The position numbers and the translations under genes were made by a program. 64,000 nt of DNA, taken from positions 1,088,001-1,152,000 of the forward strand of contig CAVVMW010000006.1 of NCBI GenBank assembly GCA_963749495.1. Reading direction: 5' to 3'. Shown piece after piece: positions 10,659-21,408 of this stretch (positions within the stretch are counted from its first letter, which is position 1; each line of letters begins with the position of its first letter). The notes below the pieces were generated by a model. The model was not told the origin of the DNA, searched no databases, and worked only from the letters and a program-made list of their open reading frames with translations. Source of the DNA: an uncultured bacterium. Its GTDB lineage: Bacteria > Verrucomicrobiota > Verrucomicrobiia > Limisphaerales > UBA8199.

Positions 10659-11636
10659 ATGAACGTTTTTGTCACTGGGGGAGCCGGCTACATCGGGTCG
10701 ATTTTGGTGGAGAATTTGCTCAACGCCGGGCACGGTGTGACGGTTTACGATACTTTGACCGGGGGACACCGTGCTGCAGTCGATCCCCGCGCTCGGTTAA
10801 TTTTGGCTCGGCCGGAAATGCAGAACGATACCGTTTCGGCCGTCAAACTGGCCGCGCCTCAAGCCATTATTCACTTGGCAGGCAGTGCGCTGGTCGGGGA
10901 GTCAATGACGAATCCCGGCAAGTATTTTCGCAACAACGTCGTCCAGGGATTGCAGGTGCTCGATGCTGCAGGTGCTGCAGGTGTAAAAAAGTTTGTCTTC
11001 AGCTCCACTTGCGTCACTTACGCCAACGGTACGCCAGATCAGGTGCCTCTGACGGAGGACTCGCCTCAACGCCCGTCGAATCCGTATGGCGAGTCAAAAT
11101 TGATGTTCGAGCAGATCCTCCGGTGGTATCACCAGATTCATGGCTTGGAATTTGTGGCATTGCGTTTTTTCAACGCGGCGGGCGCTAGCCAGAATTTCGG
11201 CGAGCATCATCGAGTGGAAACCCACCTGATTCCGAATGTGCTTAAGGTCGCGCTCGGGCAGTCGGCCCACTGTCAAATCTCCGGCACCGATTATCCAACG
11301 CCGGACGGCACCTGCATCCGGGACTACATCCACATCCGCAACCTTGCCCAGGCGTTCATACTCGCACTCGAGCCCGGCAGACAGGGATTTTACAATCTCG
11401 GCAACGGCGATGGCTATTCCGTCCGTCAGGTAATCCAATGCTGCGAGACAATCACGGGCCAGAAAATCAAAACCATTGAGAAACCGCGCCGCCCTGGAGA
11501 TGCGCCGCGACGCGTCGCCTCAGCGGAAAAAGCCATCCGTGAACTTGGCTGGAAACCAAAACATCAGAGTCTCGAAAGCATCGTCGCGGCCGCCTGGCAA
11601 TGGCACAAAGCTCATCCTCAGGGGTACGCAGACTGA
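10659..11636 (+). CDS. galE: UDP-glucose 4-epimerase
   Basis: VTGGAGYIGS, FVFSST, PYGESK, GEHH..ETHLIP, DGTCIRDYIH, RRPGD. Confidence 0.93.
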   Translation: MNVFVTGGAGYIGSILVENLLNAGHGVTVYDTLTGGHRAAVDPRARLILARPEMQNDTVSAVKLAAPQAIIHLAGSALVGESMTNPGKYFRNNVVQGLQVLDAAGAAGVKKFVFSSTCVTYANGTPDQVPLTEDSPQRPSNPYGESKLMFEQILRWYHQIHGLEFVALRFFNAAGASQNFGEHHRVETHLIPNVLKVALGQSAHCQISGTDYPTPDGTCIRDYIHIRNLAQAFILALEPGRQGFYNLGNGDGYSVRQVIQCCETITGQKIKTIEKPRRPGDAPRRVASAEKAIRELGWKPKHQSLESIVAAAWQWHKAHPQGYAD

Positions 11637-11873
11637 AGCTGAGCGGGTATTAACTTCACGGTGATTTGCAAGTAGGACCGCTGGGCTGCAGTGGCTCATC
11701 GTGATGAGCATTGCGAGCCGGTCATGACCCTGCTCTGCGCCGACAAACCCGATCCGTTCTCCAAATGGCCCGCCGGTAACAATGCCTGCGGCCAACCCTG
11801 TTTCCTCCCTTGATATGAAAAATGCTCAATTCCGCGACGGTGACAAAACCCTCTTCCAGTTCAGCCGGCCCGT

Positions 11874-13028
11874 TCAGTCCCGCAGCCGCACGACGTACCA
11901 GGCCTGCGGCCCTTCGGCCACTAGTAACGTGGCGGTCGTGCTGGCCACCAGGTCCGCCCCCGTCCGCCGCTGCCAATCCGCGAGCGCAGTCTGCTGCGAG
12001 GCCAAAAACGCCCCCCCAACCACAAGGTAGCGAATGTGCCGCTGCCGGGTCGCCGCGCCTGCATCCGCGAGCAGCACATGTTCCACCCGCCGCTCGAAAT
12101 ACGGCCGCCACAGTGAAATGTCGATATCATTGCCGTCGGCCAGAAACCCCACCACCCTCAATCCGGGCGGCAGCAGCGCCCGGACGTTGGCCAGCGGGTC
12201 GGAGCGAGCGGCGTACACCGCATAAACATTGAGGGCCCGCGCCAGCAACCGGTGCCCGGGATGGCTGGCAAGCGCCCTTGACAAAACCGCTTGGGCCGGC
12301 CACAAAGGCCGGCCCGGGGTCAGGACCAGAACCAGGAAGGCGAGGCCCAGCGCCGCCCCCGCCATGACCCGCCACCAGCCCCGCCGAACGATCTCCGATT
12401 GCCGCGGGTTCAACAGCAATAAGGGCAGCAGCAAAGGGTAGTAAGGAGAAATGAGGCGCGCCCCGTCTTGCACACCCGACTTGGCGCAATACGCCCCCAA
12501 CGCCACCCACGCAGCGACCATCACGCACCAGCGGAGCCGGGTCGGCAGAGCATCCCTCCCGAAGACCGGGGCCGCCGCCTCCGCGACCTGCTCCGGCCGG
12601 GACATGCTCCGCCGCGTCGCTGGAATGAGCCGGGCCAACACCTGGAACTTCGTGCAACGCGCCCCCGCCAGCCCCGCCAGGAAGGAGACCAACACCAGCA
12701 CGCTCAGGCCGAAACCGAACCCCGCCCAGTCTTCCGTCGGCAGTTCTTTAACCTGTTGAAACCCATTCTCGAAATTCGCCTCGAGCGGCCGCGCCAGCGC
12801 CGGGGGCAGGAGCGACAGGGCGGAGCTGTTCCACCAATTCGCGGCCGGGAAGATGGGCGGCACCAGGTTATGCAGCAGGAGCAGCAACGCGTTCCCCCAG
12901 AGACCCACCCACGGGTTCTTCATCTTCATGCCGGCGCGTTCAAGCCGCAGTCCCGACCAATCGCCGCAGTAATGCAGGTTCAGCGCCGCCGTGGGCAGGA
13001 ACGAGACCGTGGCCGCCAGGAGCAACAC
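11874..13028 (-). pseudogene. Multi-TM membrane protein (GT-C-like), apparently 5'-truncated
   Basis: Begins mid-TM just after the upstream stop; hydrophobic helices then a soluble C-terminal domain. Confidence 0.5.
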
Positions 13029-13052
13029 CCCCCCGTGGCCGCCTCGCTCGGC

Positions 13053-14618
13053 TCAGGGGACGGTTTTGATCAGGATGTCTTCGGTGCGGCAAACGTTGGG
13101 CCAGGCCTGGACGGCGGCGGGGAGCTTCTCGGGGTAGCGGGCTCGTTTTCGTTTGCTGCCGGGATTGCAGGCGGCGACGGCGTAGCGGACCGGGGACTCG
13201 CTGATGAGGACCAGCTTGTTGTAGCCGAGAGACTTGAGGCGGTTGAGGTCGGCTTCGTTGTCGAGGAGATCGAACAGTCCCTTGGGTGTGGGGCCATTGG
13301 GTTCGCTTTCGAGGATCGGCACCCAAAGCCCCTTGCGGCCGGAACGGAACAGGACTTCGCCGCCCCAGATCGGGTCGCAGGTATAGACCAGGAGTCGGTC
13401 GCCCGGGCGGGTGTGGCGGAGGATTTCGGCGCTCATTTGTTGTGGGAAATAGTCATAGTCGCCGGCCACTTTCATGGTGATGACGCCATCAACGGCGGAT
13501 AAGGCAAGCACCGCACCGGCCAGGGCCAGGCGGAGGGCGGGGACGGGCATTTCCCGGGCCCAGAAATCCTCCCAGCGGGCCAGCGTGGCTCCGCACAACA
13601 TCGCCACGGCGGGAGCGCACATAAGGTAGTAGTGCCGATGTTCCAAGACCAAGTGCGTGAAGACAAAAGTGGTTGCCAGGGTGGCCAGGAGCCAGAGCTT
13701 CGGGAGCTGGTTGCCTGCGCGGACCAGGGCCAGGACCAACAGCGCGCTCAGCGGCAGCGTGCCCATAGTGGCATGGAGAAAGCGCCAGCCGCCCTTAAGC
13801 CAAGGCCCGGGGCTGAGCCGGTAGTGCCAGTCGCCGAAGAACCAGTGGACAATCCAGGGGCTGTGGGAGAGACGCAGTTCGGTACAGGGGTAAAGCGCCT
13901 GGGCGGCGAGCGAGTCGGTGTATCGGGTCCACAAGGCAAAGGCGGCTGCGGCTGCCGCCCCGGCCATTGCGAGCAGGGCCCACGGGCGCCACGCGCCGAT
14001 GCCATTGACCAGGAGCAGGCACACAGCGCATAGTCCGGCGGCAAAGAACAGCGGCACCTTGAGCAGCGCGCTCAGGACCCCGAAGAGAGTGGCCGGCCAC
14101 CACCACCACGCGTTGCCGGTGCGGATCATTTTGTTGACGAAGAAAATGAACCAGAGCATCGCCGTCAGGCAAAGGCCCTCGGTGGCCGCTTCGCCCGCCA
14201 TGATGACAATCAAGGGTTCGGCCAGGAAAAAGGCCGCGGCCCAACCGGCCGCGCGCTCGCCCACGTATTGTCGCGCCAACTGGAAGAAGGGCCAAAGGCA
14301 GGTGGCAAAGAACAGGAGCGATACCAGGCTGGCCAACCCGTACCAGGTCGAGTGCGCGAGCTTGAAGGCCAGGGCGGCCGCGGCTTGCCAAACCGGTAGT
14401 TCGAGGGCGGTGGGCGTGCCGGTCGCGTTGAAGCCGACAATGACGGGGCGCAACAGGTTGATCGAGCCGTGGGCGTACTCGAGTGCGGTGCCCAGGTGGG
14501 TGGCGCGATAAAGGGATTTGCCGAGCCGGGCGCCGCCGAGGTGGAAGGCGAAGATCAAGCCCAACAACACGAGCACGAGCGGCCACAACCTCGGCCTTTT
14601 GGTTTCACTCAATTGCAC
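13053..14618 (-). CDS. GT-C fold (ArnT/PMT-like) membrane glycosyltransferase
   Basis: About 11 TM segments, ALELPVWQ, LLKVP, HRHYYL, soluble C-terminal domain. Confidence 0.65.
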   Translation of the reverse strand: MQLSETKRPRLWPLVLVLLGLIFAFHLGGARLGKSLYRATHLGTALEYAHGSINLLRPVIVGFNATGTPTALELPVWQAAAALAFKLAHSTWYGLASLVSLLFFATCLWPFFQLARQYVGERAAGWAAAFFLAEPLIVIMAGEAATEGLCLTAMLWFIFFVNKMIRTGNAWWWWPATLFGVLSALLKVPLFFAAGLCAVCLLLVNGIGAWRPWALLAMAGAAAAAAFALWTRYTDSLAAQALYPCTELRLSHSPWIVHWFFGDWHYRLSPGPWLKGGWRFLHATMGTLPLSALLVLALVRAGNQLPKLWLLATLATTFVFTHLVLEHRHYYLMCAPAVAMLCGATLARWEDFWAREMPVPALRLALAGAVLALSAVDGVITMKVAGDYDYFPQQMSAEILRHTRPGDRLLVYTCDPIWGGEVLFRSGRKGLWVPILESEPNGPTPKGLFDLLDNEADLNRLKSLGYNKLVLISESPVRYAVAACNPGSKRKRARYPEKLPAAVQAWPNVCRTEDILIKTVP

Positions 14619-14816
14619 TCTACCCGGCTACAAAACCCGCGGCGTGATGTCAAGGAAGTGCGGGAGGGCCAAGTGCGGTGGGCCGGTGCGTAGAGCGTGA
14701 GGGCATCGTGGCACTTGCCGCGCTCGACGCTCGCACGCTTCACGCTCCACCCCCAAGCAATCAGATCCCGGAACTTGTTTTTGCACGAGCCCTTAGACAA
14801 ACTGGACTTCATTTCA

Positions 14817-15941
14817 TCATAGCCCTATGGCTTGGTCCGCGGCGGTTTGGTAGGCGCTCACTGTTTCACGCGCGGTGCGATCCCAAGAAAACGACGCCGC
14901 TCGGGCGTGCCCTTTGTGAATCAATTCTTCGCGCAGGCGCTGGTCATTATGTAATGACGCCATCGCTGAGGCGATTTCCTCGATCGAGTAGGGATCCACC
15001 AGAAGAGCGGCGTTGCCGCACACTTCCGGAAGGCTGGTCGTGCGCGAGGAGAGTAAAGGAGTCCCCGTCGCGAACGCTTCCAAGGCGGGATAACCGAAAC
15101 CTTCCCACAGCGATGCGAAGACCGCGAACTCCGCCGCCGCATAGAGCGACGAGAGATGCTCGTCGGGAACATAGCCAAGTTCGACAATGAAATCTTTGAG
15201 CCCAAGTTTTTGTATCGTGCGGTCAAAATCCCTGGCGCTCCAGGTTTTCATTCCCGCAAACACCAACCTGGGTGCGTTTGCCACGGAACGTCGGAACTTG
15301 TCGAAGGCCTCGAGTACGCGAACCGGGTTCTTGCGCGGTTCGATCCGGCCGACCGTGATGATATACGGCTGCTCCAATCCGTATCGGCTCGCAACTTCCC
15401 TGTGTGCCGCTAACTTATCCATGGGGTGAAATCCTCCACCGCAACCGTCGGGAATCATCCTCACGCGCTCCCGGGGAAGGCCACGTACCGAAGTAAGATA
15501 GTCGTAAACATAATCGGACACGCCAATAATGAGCCGGGCCTTCTTAAACCCCCGACGAAAGAGAACCCGCATCCGCAACCCTAGCCCAAAAGGATAAAAA
15601 TCGGGGCGCTCCATCACTTCGGAACCGTGGTGCGTTAAAACGTATGGAACGGAGGTAAACGGCGGCGGAACAAACAGGGCGTGAAACAAATCCAGTTGCG
15701 CACGCGCCATCGCTTGAGGCGCGTCCCAAAGAACTCCTCGGTACCGATTCACCGGCAGGACGTGGTAATGGAAGTTGTCCGCGAGCGGACCAAGGATTTC
15801 TCGAACTCGTGGATCCAAGCAAAAGATATGGTATTCGTTGCAGGAGTTGACCCGGGCCAAAGCTTGGATCAAGTTCGTTTCATAGACTTCCAGACCGCCG
15901 ACTTTACGGCCGATCTCCAGAGTGAACAGCCCGATTTTCAT
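14817..15941 (-). CDS. GT4 family glycosyltransferase
   Basis: VGRIEPRKN, SLWEGFGYPALEAFATGTP, FSWDRTA. Confidence 0.92.
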   Translation of the reverse strand: MKIGLFTLEIGRKVGGLEVYETNLIQALARVNSCNEYHIFCLDPRVREILGPLADNFHYHVLPVNRYRGVLWDAPQAMARAQLDLFHALFVPPPFTSVPYVLTHHGSEVMERPDFYPFGLGLRMRVLFRRGFKKARLIIGVSDYVYDYLTSVRGLPRERVRMIPDGCGGGFHPMDKLAAHREVASRYGLEQPYIITVGRIEPRKNPVRVLEAFDKFRRSVANAPRLVFAGMKTWSARDFDRTIQKLGLKDFIVELGYVPDEHLSSLYAAAEFAVFASLWEGFGYPALEAFATGTPLLSSRTTSLPEVCGNAALLVDPYSIEEIASAMASLHNDQRLREELIHKGHARAASFSWDRTARETVSAYQTAADQAIGL

Positions 15942-16624
15942 GGTTCGTCATTGTTAACGCGCCTGGCAGATCCTGGTTTGTCGGTGGCCTCTGAATCCGT
16001 AGTCGATTGGATTTGGGCGTAGATCGCGAGTTCGTCCTCGCATGCTTTCGATGGGAAAAGCGCGCGGCACGTGCGGAACGCCGTCACAATGTCCGAGAGG
16101 GGGGTACGACAACGCAGATACTCAATTTGCTTGCGCACTTTGATGGCGAAAAGCTTCTGGTACTCGGACGTACTGGTGAGGAAGTCCTGCTCGTGGCGAA
16201 ACAAGATTTGCACCGGGTCACTCAGGCCGGGCTTGGCCCTGAGTATCTGGCGTTGTTCCGTCGTATAACGCTCGATCCAGTCGAGAACCTCGGGGCGCGG
16301 ACCAATGATGGTCATCTCGCCAACCAGGACGTTGAGCAACTGCGGCAACTCGTCAAACTTCCAACGCCGGAGAAAGCGGCCGACTGGCGTAATCCGGGGG
16401 TCGGCCTTAAATGTGAGTGAACCTCCGGTCTTCTCGGCGTTCCGACGCATCGTCCGAAATTTAATCATGCGGAAGGGCACGCCATTAAGTCCCGCGCGCG
16501 ACTGCATGAAAAAGATTGGCCGCCCATTGCTGGCCCACACCAGGAGTGTTATCAGGGCAAGCAGCGGACTCAAAGTGATCAGTGTGATCGCCGCGACCAA
16601 CAGATCGATCAATCGTCTAGTCAT
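15938..16624 (-). CDS. Bacterial sugar transferase (priming phosphoglycosyl transferase)
   Basis: IKFRTM, DPRITPVGRFLRRWKFDELPQLLNVLVGEMTIIGPRPE. Confidence 0.92.
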   Translation of the reverse strand: MTRRLIDLLVAAITLITLSPLLALITLLVWASNGRPIFFMQSRAGLNGVPFRMIKFRTMRRNAEKTGGSLTFKADPRITPVGRFLRRWKFDELPQLLNVLVGEMTIIGPRPEVLDWIERYTTEQRQILRAKPGLSDPVQILFRHEQDFLTSTSEYQKLFAIKVRKQIEYLRCRTPLSDIVTAFRTCRALFPSKACEDELAIYAQIQSTTDSEATDKPGSARRVNNDEP

Positions 16625-17840
16625 TGGATTTCATCTGCAGGAGAACTTTCGTGGCTCCTGAACTTGCTTTGGCTGTAGCGGTACGGATTGCTTGCTTGTA
16701 ATCTTTCAGCGGGTAGCGATGGCTAATCAATCCATCCACGCTCAATCTCCCTTGCTTGATCCAGTCAATGACGAGGTTGAAGGTATGAAGCTTGCGACCC
16801 TCGTAGTGCTCCCAGCCGTGGCCATGCGCCCCAATCACGTTCAGCTCGCGGAGCCAAATCACGGAGCGATCAAGTGGCGCGGGCCGGGGCACAATCCCCT
16901 CCAGCACAACCGCGCCTCGGGGCCTGGTCCAGCGCAACGCGTGGTGCAGCGTTTCCCCGCTCCCGACCGCGTCATAAACGACGGCGGCTCCATAGTGCAG
17001 AAGGCGGTTGTTCCTTCCCGTCCCGAAAACCTCCGTCCCGAGTTGGGCGGCGAGTTCCTCGTAAAGGCAGCCGGATGAATATTGTAACACCCCATGCGCG
17101 CCCATGGCTCGCGCCTGAACTGCTTGGTGCGAATACTTTGCGATGGCGATGATGTGAATCGGGATCGCCAAGGCTTTCAGGGCGAGAATCATGCCCAAAC
17201 CGATGGTCCCGCATCCAATCACAATCACTGGATCAGCGGCCTCAGGAAGCCGGCGCAGGACCGCATGAGCGCTACAGCCAAGAGGATCAAGCAGCACTGC
17301 TTGGTCATCCGTAATGTCGTTGGGAATGGGGATCAATTCCGACTGGTGACGGACCATACTCTCAGACCAACCTGCCCCATGGGAGAGTTGCGGAATGAAA
17401 CCATCCCGACGCAGGCACAAGAGGGGTAGCCCCTGTTCACACATATCACAAGGCTGCGTCTGCTCCATTGCGGCACAGGCTGCGCCGGGCACCAGAACCA
17501 CCCGCCGCCCGAGAGCCCAGTTCTTGACCGCTGATCCGAGTTCAACCACTTCCCCGACAACCTCATGTCCGAGGCAAAATGCTTGCCTAAGGCTCGGCTT
17601 GCGGGCCATATTTGCGCCCTTAAAGGAGAACCGTAGTTGAAGGGTGTTGAGGTCAGTCCCACAAATGCCCGCCAACCGACTGCGAACGCGCACCCAGGAC
17701 GGGCCGGGCAGTGGCTTTGGCGAAATCTCTTCGAGACAGACGGGCCCTCCGCGAAAGAGAAACGGCCGCCCCCGCCACCGCTGGTAAACCAGAGCTAGCA
17801 GGACGCGACTGGCAACCGGACGAAAAACGATGCCTTGCAC
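16617..17840 (-). CDS. Zn-dependent medium-chain dehydrogenase
   Basis: GICGTD, LGHEVVGEV, Cys cluster, VIGCGTIG. Confidence 0.85.
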   Translation of the reverse strand: MQGIVFRPVASRVLLALVYQRWRGRPFLFRGGPVCLEEISPKPLPGPSWVRVRSRLAGICGTDLNTLQLRFSFKGANMARKPSLRQAFCLGHEVVGEVVELGSAVKNWALGRRVVLVPGAACAAMEQTQPCDMCEQGLPLLCLRRDGFIPQLSHGAGWSESMVRHQSELIPIPNDITDDQAVLLDPLGCSAHAVLRRLPEAADPVIVIGCGTIGLGMILALKALAIPIHIIAIAKYSHQAVQARAMGAHGVLQYSSGCLYEELAAQLGTEVFGTGRNNRLLHYGAAVVYDAVGSGETLHHALRWTRPRGAVVLEGIVPRPAPLDRSVIWLRELNVIGAHGHGWEHYEGRKLHTFNLVIDWIKQGRLSVDGLISHRYPLKDYKQAIRTATAKASSGATKVLLQMKSND

Positions 17841-17847
17841 TTGGGTT

Positions 17848-18807
17848 TCAGTTTTTACCCCCGCTCGAAGTTGCCCGGCCGGGGCGAAGCAACTGTAGGC
17901 CGATCAGCAGGATGAAGTGTGTCGTCAGCATCGCTTTCGCCAAGAGCCTCTGCGGATGGAATTTCCCCAACTGGCAATGCTCGACGTACGCCAGGTAAGC
18001 ACCGTCGTGAAAGGCTTTGTTCATGCGCAGGCGTTTCGCGAAGGTATCCGTGCTGCCGCCTTTCCCTTCGTGGTGCACAATTCTGGCTCGGGGAACACAA
18101 AAGATTTGATACCCATGCCGCTCGATCCGCCCACAGAATTCGGCGTCGACCCAATAAAAGCGGAAGCGCTCGTCCATGCCACCGATCTCCCGCGCCAAGT
18201 CGCTGCGAACTACCAAAGAACACGCGGAGAGGATTTCCGTCCGAAACGGCTCCGCCCCATGTTCTTGTCGGCTCTGCATGTATTGGCGATACCATCAATT
18301 ATTGGGAAACCGGCGAGACAGCCAGGAACGTCGGCCAAAGATGCCGTTCATGATGGTCGGAAAACGGCGCACAACCCCCTGATCGGAACCGTCCGGATTC
18401 AAGATGGAACCGCTTGCCGCTCCAACTTCCGGGTGAGCATCGAGAAATCGAATCAACTCTTGTAACGCCCCCGGATAGATCACGGTATCGCTGTTCAGGA
18501 ACATGGTGTAACGCCCGCGAGCTTGCTTCAGGCCGACATTATTCCCTCGTACATAACCAAGACCCTCTGGAACCGTGGTTACCTTCACGGCTGGCCAAAG
18601 TCTCCTGGCAACCGCAACGCTCTCGTCAGTCGAGTTCCCGTCAACCAAAAGCAACTCGACGGAAGTTTCTCCGTGCGTCTCGACCAGGCTCTGCAAACAA
18701 GCGGCAAGATAAGAAGCAGAATTCCGATTTACGATGAGAATGGTGATGGCCGGCGTTGGCCTCGGCGGTCCTGCCTTTTGCTTTCCGCCTAATTCTTGTT
18801 CAGCCAT
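17848..18807 (-). pseudogene. GT2 glycosyltransferase (WbbL-like) with an in-frame TGA at 18295-18297
   Basis: LLVDGNSTDES, GYVRGNNVG, FLNSD, then FPNN*WYRQY continuing in frame to GGMDERFRFYWVDAEFC. Confidence 0.82.
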
Positions 18808-19445
18808 AAGAGTAGAGTTGGATTCAGCGGGCTGGAGTAAAGCCAAATTCTGTTGGGAGTTGCAACGAATCGCCAGTACACATCCAAGATTTGACCAAGC
18901 GGCTGCAACAAGTGGGGCAGACGGTGCCACCCAAAATGACCAGACACGCTGAGCGGAACCAGCGATTCAAATCCCGCTGCCCGGACCAGTATGGCCCGCG
19001 CCTCCGGAAGCGACAGACAATGCCGCGCCCGAGTTCCGTGCAGCCAGGGCCCGTTCTTGGTCAGGTCCACAGGGCTCGATCAATTGCCCATCGCGAGGAG
19101 GAGCGCCCCCCCGCGCCGGGTAACTCGATACAGTTCCTTGGCCAGCGTGATCCGAGCTTCCCATTCAGACGCCAGAACGGGAAACCGTCCCGTAAAAACA
19201 AAATCATAGCTCGCTTCGCCAAACGGAAGTTTCAGGTCTGTGGTCGGCGTGGTCATTTCGCAATTGTGGCCGAGTTGGCACAGCCTCTGCGCCTCCGAAT
19301 CATCGTCTGGAGCAATCTGAAGACAGGAGACGGACCGGTCTTTCGAGAAGCGTCGAGCAAACTGCGGCAAGAGAAACCGTTCAACCCAAGCGGCCCCCGG
19401 CGAGGTCGTGCTGTCAATTCGGTTCTCCGCTCTGATCATGATGAA
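18789..19445 (-). pseudogene. Class I SAM methyltransferase-like gene with an in-frame TGA at 19080-19082
   Basis: LKLPFGEASYDFVF..KELYRVTRRGGALLLAMGN*SSPVD continuing in frame to ILVRAAGFES; start uncertain. Confidence 0.65.
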
Positions 19446-19450
19446 CCAGT

Positions 19451-20248
19451 TTAACCAGCGCCCCGCTTCCGCGTCAGGAAGTATTGGTACTCGCGCATTG
19501 AGTTCACGTTTACAAACGGCCCAGCCTCGATAAACGCGAAGCACGAGCCGCGGGTGAGTAAACCTTGAAGCCATGTTTCCAATGGCTGTTCACGGTATTC
19601 ACCGAGGTGTCTGCGCAAGTCATCAACCAACTTCGCGTGAAAGAAGACGGAGCCGGTCCAGTATCGCACTTGCGCTGAGACAATCTGCCCAGGTGGAAAT
19701 GGCCGGTACGAGATCGCGCGAACGACAGTTCCATTGCAGGCTACCGCTCCGGTTCCAGAACCCGCCCGGGACGTTTCATCGGTCCCCGTCAGCAGGAAAC
19801 CGTCAACGGATGAGTCTTGCGCAAAGGCCCCAGAAAACGAATTAAAGGCTGCTTCTGCAAAAAAGATATCGCCCAGGCAGACAAGATACCAACCGGCCGA
19901 GACAGTTGATAAAGTCTCAGCCAGCGCCGGGAGAGGGCCGAGGCGGGTGCTCACGCACGCGACCGCCTTTATTTGCGCACCTGGGCATTCGTTCTTTGCA
20001 CGGTAGGCATCCAAAAAAGCCGCGACCACGGAATGGTTTTCTGGCGAACAGCAGACCGTTACCCTGTGAATTCCTGAGCAATGCAACTGCCGCATTAGGC
20101 GAGTCAGCAACGTATGCTCACCTGGAAGTGGGAAAAGGCATTTGGGCAGCTTCCGGCCGAATTCCCCGAATCTCGATCCCTTGCCGCCAGCCATAATGAC
20201 CGCTCCCACCTCCGCACTAGGAGCGCCGATCTTCAGGGGAGTGAGCAT
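19451..20248 (-). CDS. Nucleotidyltransferase (NTP_transferase family)
   Basis: VIMAGGKGSRF..LPKCLFPL, LVCLGDIFF, FVNVNS. Confidence 0.8.
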   Translation of the reverse strand: MLTPLKIGAPSAEVGAVIMAGGKGSRFGEFGRKLPKCLFPLPGEHTLLTRLMRQLHCSGIHRVTVCCSPENHSVVAAFLDAYRAKNECPGAQIKAVACVSTRLGPLPALAETLSTVSAGWYLVCLGDIFFAEAAFNSFSGAFAQDSSVDGFLLTGTDETSRAGSGTGAVACNGTVVRAISYRPFPPGQIVSAQVRYWTGSVFFHAKLVDDLRRHLGEYREQPLETWLQGLLTRGSCFAFIEAGPFVNVNSMREYQYFLTRKRGAG

Positions 20249-21408
20249 AACTTCTCAGCGACTTCTGCCACCGCTTGCTCGATTCCTAAAAGCACCGCTT
20301 CGGTCATCCGACTATGAATCGGAAAGGAAATTAAGGTTTGCCAGACCCACTCCGTCACCGGTAGCGCAGCCTCGGGAGCAAAGCCGGTGAACCGATAGAG
20401 CGGAGGATCAAAATAAGAACGAACTCCGACGCCACGCGATTTGAATAGGGCTAGCACTGCGGCGAGGCCAAGATGTGTCGCAGGCGGGCAACAGACACCT
20501 AGATTCTGGAAGTTCGTATTCACATTTTCAGGGATGACCTGCGCTTTATAAACGCCCGGAAAGCGATCAAAGCACTCCATCAGGCGATGCCCGTAGGCGC
20601 GCCGCCGCGCCAGGGTTTCTGGAAAATGCTGCAACGAGTTCCTACCGATGACCGCTCTGATCTCGTCCATTTTGGCATTGAATCCAGGTCTTGCTTCTGC
20701 GGCAACCGGCGCCAGGCCGTGACATCGTAAACGCCTCGTTAGGGCGATGATGTCCGGATTGTCCGACACGATCAGGCCACCTTCAACGGCGGGGAGCGTC
20801 TTTGTGGCATGAAAACTAAAGACCTGCACGTCAGGTTCCTGCGAGATTCGCAAACCAGCTACTTCCGTCCCAAAGCCGTGGGCATTGTCATACAAGAGTT
20901 TTGCTCCGGCGCGATCGCAAAGCTTGCGGATCGCGGGGAGGTCGGCCGGCACGCCAAAAACATTCACCGGCAACACACAACGGACAGCGGTCTGCTGCGC
21001 CAAGAGCTCGGCCAAATGTTTAACGTCCAGCGTGAATGAGCCGCCTTCGATTTCACAGAACACAGGCTCAAGGCCGGCCTGGACGACGGCGTTTAAGGTT
21101 GCGATGTACGTGTAGGCCGGAAGAATGACTCGGCCGCAAGGAAGAGAAAGCGCCTTGAGCGCGAGCAAGAGTGCATCCGACCCACTCGAAACCGCTACGG
21201 TTTCTTTGACGCCTAAATAGTTGGCCAGCGACTTTTCAAATTCCTGGACATGCCGCCCATTGTTCGTGATTTGCCCCGAGGCGAGGAGTCCGGCGATGGT
21301 CTGCAACCCCTCTTCATCGACCTCAAAGTAGGGTCGGATACCTGGAATGTCCGGGTCCATCACTGATATGAAATCGTTTTTACCGCTTCGAACTGCATCC
21401 ACATCCAC
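20233..21408 (-). CDS. DegT/DnrJ/EryC1/StrS PLP-dependent sugar aminotransferase
   Basis: VSSGSDAL, YDNAHGFG, FSFHATKTLPAVEGG, GFNAKMDE. Confidence 0.92.
   Translation of the reverse strand: MDVDAVRSGKNDFISVMDPDIPGIRPYFEVDEEGLQTIAGLLASGQITNNGRHVQEFEKSLANYLGVKETVAVSSGSDALLLALKALSLPCGRVILPAYTYIATLNAVVQAGLEPVFCEIEGGSFTLDVKHLAELLAQQTAVRCVLPVNVFGVPADLPAIRKLCDRAGAKLLYDNAHGFGTEVAGLRISQEPDVQVFSFHATKTLPAVEGGLIVSDNPDIIALTRRLRCHGLAPVAAEARPGFNAKMDEIRAVIGRNSLQHFPETLARRRAYGHRLMECFDRFPGVYKAQVIPENVNTNFQNLGVCCPPATHLGLAAVLALFKSRGVGVRSYFDPPLYRFTGFAPEAALPVTEWVWQTLISFPIHSRMTEAVLLGIEQAVAEVAEKLCSLP

Noticed and set aside
14817..21408. Alternative genetic code (TGA as Trp/Gly) in the cassette
   Set aside because: Genes in the same cassette end in TGA, including an ATGA stop/start overlap at 15938-15941
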